DNA from: Dendrobates tinctorius
Taxonomy: Eukaryota
Assembly (NCBI RefSeq): GCF_039654945.1
Contig: NW_027361788.1
Span: 42,966,001 to 43,030,000 of the forward strand
Direction of reading: 5' to 3'
Length of the DNA: 64,000 nt
Under the pieces are notes generated by a model that saw only the letters and a list, made by a program, of their open reading frames with translations, was not told the DNA's origin and searched no databases. Both the position numbers and the translations under genes were made by a program. Below are positions 15,001-27,679 of the stretch, piece by piece. Every line of letters starts with the position of its first letter. Within the stretch, counting starts at the first letter, position 1.

Positions 15001-18000
15001 ATATCATCTTATAGTGTACTCAATTATACTACCATAGCGTACCAAGTAATATCGTCCTATAGTATGCCCAACTATACTACCATAGTGTACCAAGTAATAT
15101 CATCCTATAGTATGCCCAATTATACTACTATAGTGTACCAAGTAATATCATCCTATAGTATGCCCAATTATACTACCACAGTGCACAAAGTAATATCATC
15201 CTATAGTGTACCCAATTATAGTGTACCATGTAATATCATCCTATAGTGGCCCAATTATACTACCATAGTGTACCAAGTAATATCATCATATAGTGTGTCA
15301 ATTATACTACCATAGTATACCAAGTAATATCATCTTATAGTGTGCCCAATTATACTACCATAGTGTACCAAGTAATATCATCCTATAGTGTGCTCAATTA
15401 TACTACCATAGTGTACCAAGTAATATCGTCCTATAGTATGCCCAATTATAATACCATAGTGTACCAAGTAATATCACCATATAGTGTGTCAATTATACTA
15501 CCATAGTATACCAAGTAAAATCATCCTATGGTATGCCCAATTATACTACCATAGTGTACCAAGTAATATCATCTTATAGTGTGCTCAATTATGCTACCAT
15601 AGTGTACCAAGTAATATCGTCCTATAGTATGCCCAATTATACTACCATAGTGTACCAAGTAATATCATCTTATAGTGTGTCAATTATACCACCATAGTAT
15701 ACCAAGTAATATCATCCTATAGTATGCCCAATTATACTACCATAGTGTACCAAGTAATATCATCTTATAGTGTGCCCAATTATACTACCATAGTGTACCA
15801 AGTAATATCGTCCTATAGTATGCCCAATTATACTACCATAGTGTACCAAGTAATATCGTCCTATAGTATGCCCAATTATACTACCATAGTGTACCAAGTA
15901 ATATCATCCTATAGTGTGCCCAATTATACTACCATAGTGTACCAAGTAATATCATCCTATAGTGTGCCCAATTATACTACCATAGTGTGCCATGTAATAT
16001 CATCCTATAGTGTGCCCAATTATACTACCATAGTGTACCAAGTAATATCATCCTATAGTATGCCCAATTATACTACCATAGTGTACCACGTAATATCGTC
16101 CTATAGTATGCCCAATTATACTACCATAGTGTACCAAGTAATATCATCTTATAGTGTGTCAATTATACTACCATAGTGTACCAAGTAATATCGTCCTATA
16201 GTATGCCCAATTATACTACCATAGTGTACCAAGTAATATCATCTTATAGTGTGCCCAATTATACTACCATAGTGTACCAAGTAATATCGTCCTATAGTAT
16301 GCCCAATTATACTACCATAGTGTACCAAGTAATATCATCTTATAGTGTGCTCAATTATACTACCATAGTATTCCAAGTAATATCATCCTATAGTATGCCC
16401 AATTATACTACCACAGTGCACAAAGTAATATCATCCTATAGTGTACTCAATTATACTACCATAGTGTACCATGTAATATCATCCTATAGTGTGCCCAATT
16501 ATACTACCATAGTGTACCAAGTAATATCATCTTATAGTGTGCTCAATTATACTACCATAGTGTACCAAGTAATATCATCCTATAGTGTGCCCAATTATAC
16601 TACCATAGTGTACCAAGTAATATCATCTTATAGTGTGTCAAATATACTACCATAGTGTACCAAGTAATATCGTCCTATAGTATGCCCAATTATACTACCA
16701 TAGTGTACCAAGTAATATCATCTTATAGTGTGCCCAATTATACTACCATAGTGTACCAAGTAATATCGTCCTATAGTATGCCCAATTATACTACCATAGT
16801 GTACCAAGTAATATCTTATAGTGTGCTCAATTATACTACCATAGTATTCCAAGTAATATCATCCTATAGTATGCCCAATTATACTACCACAGTGCACAAA
16901 GTAATATCATCCTATAGTGTACCCAATTATACTACCATAGTGTACCATGTAATATCATCCTATAGTGTGCCCAATTATACTACCATAGTGTACCAAGTAA
17001 TATCATCTTATAGTGTGCTCAATTATACTACCATAGTGTACCAAGTAATATCGTCCTATAGTATGTCCAATTATACTACCATAGTGTACCAAGTAATATC
17101 ATCCTATAGTATGCCCAATTATACTACCATAGTGTACCAAGTAATATCGTCCTATAGTATGCCCAATTATACTACCATAGTGTACCAAGTAATATCATCT
17201 TATAGTGTGCTCAATTATACTACCATAGTATTCCAAGTAATATCATCCTATAGTATGCCCAATTATACTACCACAGTGCACAAAGTAATATCATCCTATA
17301 GTGTGCCCAATTATACTACCATAGTGTACCATGTAATATCATCTTATAGTGTGCTCAATTATACTACCATAGCGTACCAAGTAATATCGTCCTATAGTAT
17401 GCCCAACTATACTACCATAGTGTACCAAGTAATATCATCCTATAGTATGCCCAATTATACTACTATAGTGTACCAAGTAATATCATCCTATAGTGTGCCC
17501 AATTATACTACCACAGTGCACAAAGTAATATCATCCTATAGTGTACCCAATTATAGTGTTCCATGTAATATCATCCTATAGTATGCCCAATTATACTACC
17601 ATAGTGTACCAAGTAATATCATCATATAGTGTGTCAATTGTACTACCATAGTATACCAAGTAATATCATCTTATAGTGTGCCCAATTATACTACCATAGT
17701 GTACCAAGTAATATCGTCTTATAGTGTGCCCAATTATACTACCATAGTATACCAAGTAATATCGTCCTATAGTATGCCCAATTATACTACCATAGTGTAC
17801 CAAGTAATATCATCTTATAGTGTGCCCAATTATACTACCATAGTGTACCATGTAATATCATCCTATAGTGTGCCCAATTATACAACCATAGTGTACCAAG
17901 TGATATCATCTTATAGTGTGCCCAATTATACTACCACACTGCACAAAGTAATATCCTATAGTATGCCCAATTATACTACCATAGTGTACCAAGTAATATC

Positions 18001-21000
18001 GTCTTATAGTGTGCTCAATTATACTACCATAGTATTCCAAGTAATATCATCCTATAGTATGCCCAATTATACTACCATAGTGTACCAAGTAATATCATCT
18101 TATAGTGTTCCCAATTATACTACCATAGTGTACCATGTAATATCATCCTATACTGTGCCCAATTATACAACCATAGTGTACCAAGTAATATCATCTTATA
18201 GTGTGCCCAATTATACTACCACACTGCACAAAGTAATATCCTATAGTATGCCCAATTATACTACCATAGTGTACCAAGTAATATCATCTTATAGTGTGCT
18301 CAATTATACTACCATAGTATTCCAAGTAATATCATCCTATAGTATGCCCAATTATACTACCATAGTGTACCAAGTAATATCATCTTATAGTGTGCCCAAT
18401 TATACTACCATAGTGTACCATGTAATATCATCCTATAGTGTGCCCAATTATACTACCATAGTGTACCAAGTAATATCATCTTATAGTGTGCCCAATTATA
18501 CTACCATAGTGTACCAAGTAATATCATCTTATAGTGTGCCCAATTATACTACCATAGTGTACCAAGTAATATCATCCTATAGTATGCCCAATTATACTAC
18601 CACAGTGCACAAAGTAATATCATCCTATAGTGTACCCAATTATACTACCATAGTGTACCATGTAATATCATCCTATAGTGTGCCCAATTATACTACCATA
18701 GTGTACCAAGTAATATCATCTTATAGTGTGCTCAATTATACTACCATAGTGTACCAAGTAATATCGTCCTATAGTATGTCCAATTATACTACCATAGTGT
18801 ACCAAGTAATATCATCATATAGTGTGTCAATTATACTACCATAGTATACCAAGTAATATCATCCTATGGTATGCCCAATTATACTACCATAGTGTACCAA
18901 GTAATATAATCCTATAGTATGCCCAATTATACTACCATAGTGTACCAAGCAATATCGTCCTATAGTATGCCCAATTATACTACCATAGTGTACCAAGTAA
19001 TATCATCTTATAGTGTGCTCAATTATACTACCATAGTATTCCAAGTAATATCGTCCTATAGTATGTCCAATTATACTACCATAGTGTACCAAGTAATATC
19101 ATCATATAGTGTGTCAATTATACTACCATAGTATACCAAGTAATATCATCCTATGGTATGCCCAATTATACTACCATAGTGTACCAAGTAATATCATCCT
19201 ATAGTATGCCCAATTATACTACCATAGTGTACCAAGTAATATCGTCCTATAGTATGCCAAATTATACTACCATAGTGTACCAAGTAATATCATCTTATAG
19301 TGTGCTCAATTATACTACCATAGTATTCCAAGTAATATCATCCTATAGTGTGCCCAATTATACTACCACAGTGCACAAAGTAATATCATCCTATAGTGTA
19401 CCCAATTATAGTGTACCATGTAATATCATCCTATAGTATGCCCAATTATACTACCATAGTGTACCAAGTAATATCATCATATAGTGTGTCAATTATACTA
19501 CCATAGTATACCAAGTAATATCATCTTATAGTGTGCCCAATTATACTACCATAGTGTACCAAGTAATATCGTCCTATAGTATGCCCAATTATACTACCAT
19601 AGTGTACCAAGTAATATCATCTTATAGTATGCCCAATTATACTACCACAGTGCACAAAGTAATATCATCCTATAGTGTACCCAATTATAGTGTACCATGT
19701 AATATCATCCTATAGTGTGCCCAATTATACTACCATAGTGTACCAAGTAATATCATCTTATAGTGTGCTCAATTATACTACCATAGTGTACCATGTAATA
19801 TCATCCTATAGTATGCCCAATTATACTACCATAGTGTACCAAGTATTATCATCTTATAGTGTGCCCAATTATACTACCATAGTGTACCAAGTAATATCGT
19901 CCTATAGTATGCCCAATTATACTACCATAGTGTACCAAGTAATATCGTTCTATAGTATGCCCAATTATACTACCATAGTGTACCAAGTAATATCATCTTA
20001 TAGAGTGCTCAATTATACTACCATAGTATTCCAAGTAATATCATCCTATAGTGTGCCCAATTATACTACCATAGTGTACCAAGTAATATCATCCTATAGT
20101 ATGCCCAATTATACTACCATAGTGTACCAAGTAATATCATCTTATAGTGTGCCCAATTATACTACCATAGTGTACCAAGTAATATCGTCCTATAGTATGC
20201 CCAATTATACTACCATAGTGTACCAAGTAATATCGTCCTATAGTATGCCCAATTATACTACCATAGTGTACCAAGTAATATCATCTTATAGTGTGCTCAA
20301 TTATACTACCATAGCGTACCAAGTAATATCGTCCTATAGTATGCCCAACTATACTACCATAGTGTACCAAGTAATATCATCCTATAGTATGCCCAATTAT
20401 ACTACCATAGTGTACCATGTAATATCATCCTATAGTGTGCCCAATTATACTACCATAGTGTACCAAGTAATATCATCCTATAGTATGCCCAATTATACTA
20501 CTATAGTGTACCAAGTAATATCATCCTATAGTGTGCCCAATTATACTACCACAGTGCACAAAGTAATATCATCCTATAGTGTACCCAATTATAGTGTACC
20601 ATGTAATATCATCCTATAGTATGCCCAATTATACTACCATAGTGTACCAAGTAATATCATCTTATAGTGTGCCCAATTATACTACCATAGTGTACCAAGT
20701 AATATCGTCCTATAGTATGCCCAATTATACTACCATAGTGTACCAAGTAATATCATCTTATAGTGTGCTCAATTATACTACCATAGTATTCCAAGTAATA
20801 TCATCCTATAGTATGCCCAATTATACTACCACAGTGCACAAAGTAATATCATCCTATAGTGTACCCAATTATACTACCATAGTGTACCATGTAATATCAT
20901 CCTATAGTGTACCCAATTATACTACCATAGTGTACCAAGTAATATCATCCTATAGTATGCCCAATTATACTACCATAGTGTACCAAGTAATATCGTCCAA

Positions 21001-24000
21001 TAGTATGCCCAATTATACTACCATAGTGTACCAAGTAATATCATCTTATAGTGTGTCAATTATACTACCATAGTATACCAAGTAATATCGTCCTATAGTA
21101 TGACCAATTATACTACCATAGTGTACCATGTAATATGTATACTACCATAGTATACCAAGTATACCAAGTAATACCAAGTATACTACCATAGCTACCATAT
21201 ACTACCATGTAATATCATCCTATAGTGTGCCCAATTATACTACCATAGTGTACCAAGTAATATCATCTTATAGTGTGTCAATTATACTACCATAGTATAC
21301 CAAGTAATATCGTCCTATAGTATGACCAATTATACTACCATAGTGTACCATGTAATATCATCCTATAGTGTGCCCAATTATACTACCATAGTGTACCAAG
21401 TAATATCATCCTATAGTATGCCCAATTATACTACCATAGTGTACCAAGTAATATCATCTTATAGTGTGCCCAATTATACTACCATAGTGTACCAAGTAAT
21501 ATCGTCCTATAGTATGCCCAATTATACTACCATAGTGTACCAAGTAATATCGTCCTATAGTATGCCCAATTATACTACCACAGTGTACCAAGTAATATCA
21601 TCTTATAGTGTGCTCAATTATACTACCATAGCGTACCAAGTAATATCGTCCTATAGTATGCCCAACTATACTACCATAGTGTACCAAGTAATATCATCCT
21701 ATAGTATGCCCAATTATACTACCATAGTGTACCAAGTAATATCATCTTATAGTGTGCCCAATTATACTACCATAGTGTACCAAGTAATATCGTCCTATAG
21801 TGTGCCCAATTATACTACCATAGTGTACCAAGTAATATCATCCTATAGTATGCCCAATTATACTACTATAGTGTACCAAGTAATATCATCCTATAGTGTG
21901 CCCAATTATACTACCACAGTGCACAAAGTAATATCATCCTATAGTGTACCCAATTATAGTGTACCATGTAATATCATCCTATAGTATGCCCAATTATACT
22001 ACCATAGTGTACCAAGTAATATCATCTTATAGTGTGCCCAATTATACTACCATAGTGTACCAAGTAATATCGTCCTATAGTATGCCCAATTATACTACCA
22101 TAGTATACCAAGTAATATCATCTTATAGTGTGCTCAATTATACTACCATAGTATTCCAAGTAATATCATCCTATAGTATGCCCAATTATACTACCACAGT
22201 GCACAAAGTAATATCATCCTATAGTGTACCCAATTATACTACCATAGTGTACCATGTAATATCATCCTATAGTGTACCCAATTTTACTACCATAGTGTAC
22301 CAAGTAATATCATCCTATAGTATGCCCAATTATACTACCATAGTGTACCAAGTAATATCGTCCAATAGTATGCCCAATTATACTACCATAGTGTACCAAG
22401 TAATATCATCTTATAGTGTGTCAATTATACTACCATAGTATACCAAGTAATATCGTCCTATAGTATGACCAATTATACTACCATAGTGTACCATGTAATA
22501 TGTATACTACCATAGTATACCAAGTATACCAAGTAATACCAAGTATACTACCATAGCTACCATATACTACCATGTAATATCATCCTATAGTGTGCCCAAT
22601 TATACTACCATAGTGTACCAAGTAATATCATCTTATAGTGTGTCAATTATACTACCATAGTATACCAAGTAATATCGTCCTATAGTATGACCAATTATAC
22701 TACCATAGTGTACCATGTAATATCATCCTATAGTGTGCCCAATTATACTACCATAGTGTACCAAGTAATATCATCCTATAGTATGCCCAATTATACTACC
22801 ATAGTGTACCAAGTAATATCATCTTATAGTGTGCCCAATTATACTACCATAGTGTACCAAGTAATATCGTCCTATAGTATGCCCAATTATACTACCATAG
22901 TGTACCAAGTAATATCGTCCTATAGTATGCCCAATTATACTACCACAGTGTACCAAGTAATATCATCTTATAGTGTGCTCAATTATACTACCATAGCGTA
23001 CCAAGTAATATCGTCCTATAGTATGCCCAACTATACTACCATAGTGTACCAAGTAATATCATCCTATAGTATGCCCAATTATACTACCATAGTGTACCAA
23101 GTAATATCATCTTATAGTGTGCCCAATTATACTACCATAGTGTACCAAGTAATATCGTCCTATAGTATGCCCAATTAAACTACCATAGTGTACCAAGTAA
23201 TATCATCATATAGTGTGTCAATTATACTACCATAGTATACCAAGTAATATCATCCTATGGTATGCCCAATTATACTACCATAGTGTACCAAGTAATATCA
23301 TTCTATAGTATGCCCAATTATACTACTATACTGTACCATGTAATATCATCCTATAGTGTGCCCAATTATACTACCATAGTGTACCATGTAATATCATCTT
23401 ATAGTGTGCCCAATTATACTACCATAGTGTACCATGTAATATCATCCTATAGTGTGCCCAATTATACTACCATAGTGTACCAAGTAATATCATCCTATAG
23501 TATGCCCAATTATACTACTATAGTGTACCAAGTAATATCATCCTATAGTGTGCCCAATTATACTACCACAGTGCACAAAGTAATATCATCCTATAGTGTA
23601 CCCAATTATAGTGTACCATGTAATATCATCCTATAGTATGCCCAATTATACTACCATAGTGTACCAAGTAATATCATCTTATAGTGTGCCCAATTATACT
23701 ACCATAGTGTACCAAGTAATATCGTCCTATAGTATGCCCAATTATACTACCATAGTGTACCAAGTAATATCATCTTATAGTGTGCCCAATTATACTACCA
23801 TAGTGTACCAAGTAATATCGTCCTATAGTATGCCCAATTATACTACCATAGTGTACCAAGTAATATCATCTTATAGTGTGTCAATTATACTACCATAGTA
23901 TACCAAGTAATATCGTCCTATAGTATGACCAATTATACTACCATAGTGTACCATGTAATATGTATACTACCATAGTATACCAAGTATACCAAGTAATACC

Positions 24001-25150
24001 AAGTATACTACCATAGCTACCATATACTACCATGTAATATCATCCTATAGTGTGCCCAATTATACTACCATAGTGTACCAAGTAATATCATCTTATAGTG
24101 TGTCAATTATACTACCATAGTATATCAAGTAATATCGTCCTATAGTATGACCAATTATACTACCATAGTGTACCATGTAATATCATCCTATAGTGTGCTC
24201 AATTATACTACCATAGTGTACCAAGTAATATCATCCTATAGTATGCCCAATTATACTACCATAGTGTACCAAGTAATATCATCTTATAGTGTGCCCAATT
24301 ATACTACCATAGTGTACCAAGTAATATCGTCCTATAGTATGCCCAATTATACTACCATAGTGTACCAAGTAATATCGTCCTATAGTATGCCCAATTATAC
24401 TACCACAGTGTACCAAGTAATATCATCTTATAGTGTGCTCAATTATACTACCATAGCGTACCAAGTAATATCGTCCTATAGTATGCCCAACTATACTACC
24501 ATAGTGTACCAAGTAATATCATCCTATAGTATGCCCAATTATACTACCATAGTGTACCAAGTAATATCATCTTATAGTGTGCCCAATTATACTACCATAG
24601 TGTACCAAGTAATATCGTCCTATAGTATGCCCAATTATACTACCATAGTGTACCAAGTAATATCATCATATAGTGTGTCAATTATACTACCATAGTATAC
24701 CAAGTAATATCATCCTATGGTATGCCCAATTATACTACCATAGTGTACCAAGTAATATCATTCTATAGTATGCCCAATTATACTACTATAGTGTACCATG
24801 TAATATCATCCTATAGTGTGCCCAATTATACTACCATAGTGTACCATGTAATATCATCTTATAGTGTGCTCAATTATACTACCATAGCGTACCAAGTAAT
24901 ATCGTCCTATAGTATGCCCAACTATACTACCATAGTGTACCAAGTAATATCATCCTATAGTATGCCCAATTATACTACTATAGTGTACCAAGTAATATCA
25001 TCCTATAGTGTGCCCAATTATACTACCACAGTGCACAAAGTAATATCATCCTATAGTGTACCCAATTATACTACCATAGTGTACCATGTAATATCATCCT
25101 ATAGTGTGCCCAATTATACTACCAGTGTACCAAGTAATATCATTGTATAG
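1..25150. repeat. 48-bp tandem satellite array, consensus GTAATATCATCCTATAGTGTGCCCAATTATACTACCATAGTGTACCAA, ~520 copies, continues beyond the left edge
   Basis: Direct 48-nt periodicity throughout (16-aa periodicity in the ORF track). Recurrent variants include ACAGTGCACAAA, GTATTCC, TCGTCC and 1-bp-deleted GTGTCAAT units. Decayed copies continue to ~25,310. Confidence 0.99.
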
Positions 25151-25513
25151 TGTGCCAGATTATACCACCATACAGTGACCAAGTCATACCAACCTATAGT
25201 ACTTCAATAATACTAATATACAGTGACCAAAAATACCAATCTATATTGTACAACTATACCACCATACAGTGCACGAATATCAAACTATAGAATTTCCAAA
25301 TTATAATACCATACGAGGAGGTAGGGGAGAGGGGGAGGGTTGGAGCTTTCACACTGGAAGCATGGATGAATCCATTGCTGTAATTAGAAACCAGTGTGTG
25401 CCTACCTGCTGGTGATTGCAGCCGACAGAAGAGACTAATGACTATGACCAAGGGCATCTTAGTAAACCAGAAACACGTCAGGGGCTGAGCTTTCTATTTT
25501 GATGGACTTTTTA

Positions 25514-26101
25514 GGCTATGTGCACACGTTCGGAAATGCTGCGGAAATGTCCGCAGCATTTCCGCAACTCCCCGCCGCGGGTAAAGTGCATGTGGAATTC
25601 GCATGCGTTTTCCAGCTAAACACAAGCGTTTTGCAAGTGTATTTAGCTTGCAGAATGCTTGCGCTTTCCAAGCGATTTGAAGCATCGCTTGGAAAAGTGA
25701 TTGACAGGTTGGTCACACTTGTCAAGCATAGTGACCAACTTTTTACTATTGATGCTAACTATGCAGCATCAATAGTAAAGATAGGATGTTAAAAATAATT
25801 TTAAAAAAAATTAAAAACTGGTTATTCTCACCTTCTGACAGCCCCCGATCTCCTCAGCGGCGCTCCCGGTACGTTCTGGTCCCAGTGATGCTTTGCGCGA
25901 AGGACCTTTGTGACGTCACGCTCGCGAGAGCGCGGCATCATCTCAGGCCATTCGCGCAAAGCATCACTGGGACCGGAAGATGCTGGCAGCGTGGTGAGAG
26001 GCGGGAAGGACTCCGGGGGCCATCAGAGGGTGAGTATATTACTATTTTTTATTTTAATTCTATTTTTTACAGGATTATGGTACCCAGGGCCTGGAGGAGA
26101 G
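25514..26101. mobile_element. Truncated PIF/Harbinger-type MITE (GGCTATGTGCACAC family)
   Basis: Left end is TTA|GGCTATGTGCACAC with an internal palindrome. The sequence matches the complete copies at 40,901-41,737 and 60,647-61,559; the right TIR is missing. Confidence 0.8.
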
Positions 26102-26220
26102 TGCACAAATAATATCAACCTATAGCATCCCTAAATTTACCACCACAATGTACCCATATGATATCACACTATAGAGTGCTTGATAGTGCCCAAATTATTC
26201 CATAATTTGCACATAGTGTT
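26101..26220. repeat. Degenerate copies of the 48-bp satellite monomer
   Basis: GTGCACAAATAATATCAACCTATAG... and ATAGTGCCCAAATTAT resemble the array monomer. Confidence 0.7.
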
Positions 26221-26292
26221 TCTTTTCTGAACATTTGTTGCTTTACATCTGCATTACAAGTGCAGGCTAATGTTGGGTAACCTCCTGCTCAC

Positions 26293-27568
26293 CTTGCTTT
26301 TTCACGAGTGTTTCTTTCAGGGCTGTTTTTTCTGCATATACTGAAATATAAACCCGACAGTATATTGCACATCGCCATATACATAGGACAGGACTAGCGC
26401 AGTGAATCATGGCTGCTCACGTTTCTGTAGTTCCCGCTCTTCTGCTTCTATCTCCTTGTCTAATTCCTGCTTCTCGGCCTCGCTTTGCTCCCGATCTGCA
26501 CAAGTATAGAGCCGCCATCAGCTGCTGTTTTAAAGCCGTCTTACATTTCAGGATGAAAGGGACCTACGAAGTCCCCAAAGCTTGCTTTGTATCATCATTT
26601 ATTTTATTTTTGTTAGCCATTAAAAGGTATCATAACTACAAGATTATCTTGTTTTTCACACTGAGAGAATTACATTTCAGGATGTGATAGATTGTGAATT
26701 AGGGTCCCGTTACATTTAGCGATGCACCAGCGATCCCGACAACGATACGACCCGGTCAGGATCGCTGGTGCATCGCTAAATTGTCGCTAGGGAGCTGCCA
26801 AACAGGCAGATCTCACCAGCGATGCAGCAGCGGTCGTTACTTACCTGTCACACCGCAGCGATGACGACGACTTCCGCCTGAGTCCATGCGGCGCTAGTCG
26901 GCGCCAGCGGGACGCCAACGAGGAAGAAATGGCCCAGGCCGTTCCAGCACGATCAGCGATATCCAGCAGGGGGGGCGGTTGCAGGTAAGTGTCACATGTA
27001 GCGAGATTGCTAGCGATATCGCTGTGCGTTACAAAATCGGTGACGCTTTAGTGAGATCGCTAGCGATATCGCTATGTGAGAAGGGGCCTTTACTAAATTG
27101 TAGGGAAACGTTTGTACAAGTCCAAACTGAATCTTACAAAAGCGATTTCAATGTAGGAATAAGGACCCCAGCTCATATCATCTGGAAATGGATAGAACGG
27201 TTCTGCTGTAATTAATTATAATGTGATACTCCACCTTTATGACCACTTTACAGATATATGAGAATCACCTAAATAACAAATTCTACTACACATTGAAAAT
27301 GCTGTTATTAGTGAATAGAATACAATAGCATGGAGAATGGACACCCTGTAATACTATATTTCCCCTGAAGGGGCGACATCTCCATCATTCTTGTTACCTT
27401 TCTGGACCATGTTAATCTTCTTCAGGACATCGTCCATCTTTGGGTCCATACGTCCTGTGGTGTAATAAGAAGGTGATACACAAGGGGTCCTCACCTCCTA
27501 TAGGTCCAGTGTATAGCGTACATACCTCCTCCCGACATGCCTGTAGTCTGGCTCAACAGCGTTTCCAT
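26293..27568 (-). CDS. syce1: SYCE1-like synaptonemal complex central element protein, first four coding exons (3' exons not in window)
   Basis: GT-AG exons 27,526-27,572 (ATG at 27,568), 27,398-27,454, 26,421-26,495 and 26,293-26,340, all phase 1. They splice to METLLSQTTGMSGGGRMDPKMDDVLKKINMVQKDREQSEAEKQELDKEIEAEERELQKLYAEKTALKETLVKKQ. This aligns with the remembered human SYCE1 segment GSLEPRVEVLINRINEVQQAKKK...[23 protein letters not shown] and is a coiled-coil-like heptad sequence. Confidence 0.78.
26702..27089. mobile_element. PIF/Harbinger-type MITE in syce1-like intron
   Basis: Imperfect TIRs GGGTCCCGTTACATTTAGCGAT / ATCGCTATGTGAGAAGGGGCCT, TTA on both flanks, AGCGAT/ATCGCT-rich body. 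Confidence 0.7.
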
Positions 27569-27679
27569 GTCACTACATGAGAAACAGAACAGCTCATGAA
27601 TACTCAGCTCAGCAGATTCAGCCTTCGGTATCATCTCTATGCTGATGACACCCAATTATACACATCGTTTACTGACATA

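Noticed and set aside
40-25150. Dozens of ORFs encoding (SSYSMPNYTTIVYQVI)n
   Set aside because: Artefact of a 48-nt unit with one stop-free frame. The ORFs are repeatedly broken by 1-2-bp deletions and stops that were themselves amplified; there is no unique coding flank.
1-25150. CRISPR-like array
   Set aside because: No unique spacers, no cas genes, and the context is a eukaryotic intron-containing genome.
25385-25460. Candidate next syce1-like exon (AG...CAG|GTAGG on the minus strand)
   Set aside because: In the required phase it hits a TAG after a few codons, has a weak acceptor, and does not resemble the expected next SYCE1 segment.
26293-26340. Exon length (48 nt) equals the satellite period
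   Set aside because: No sequence similarity between exon and monomer; coincidence.
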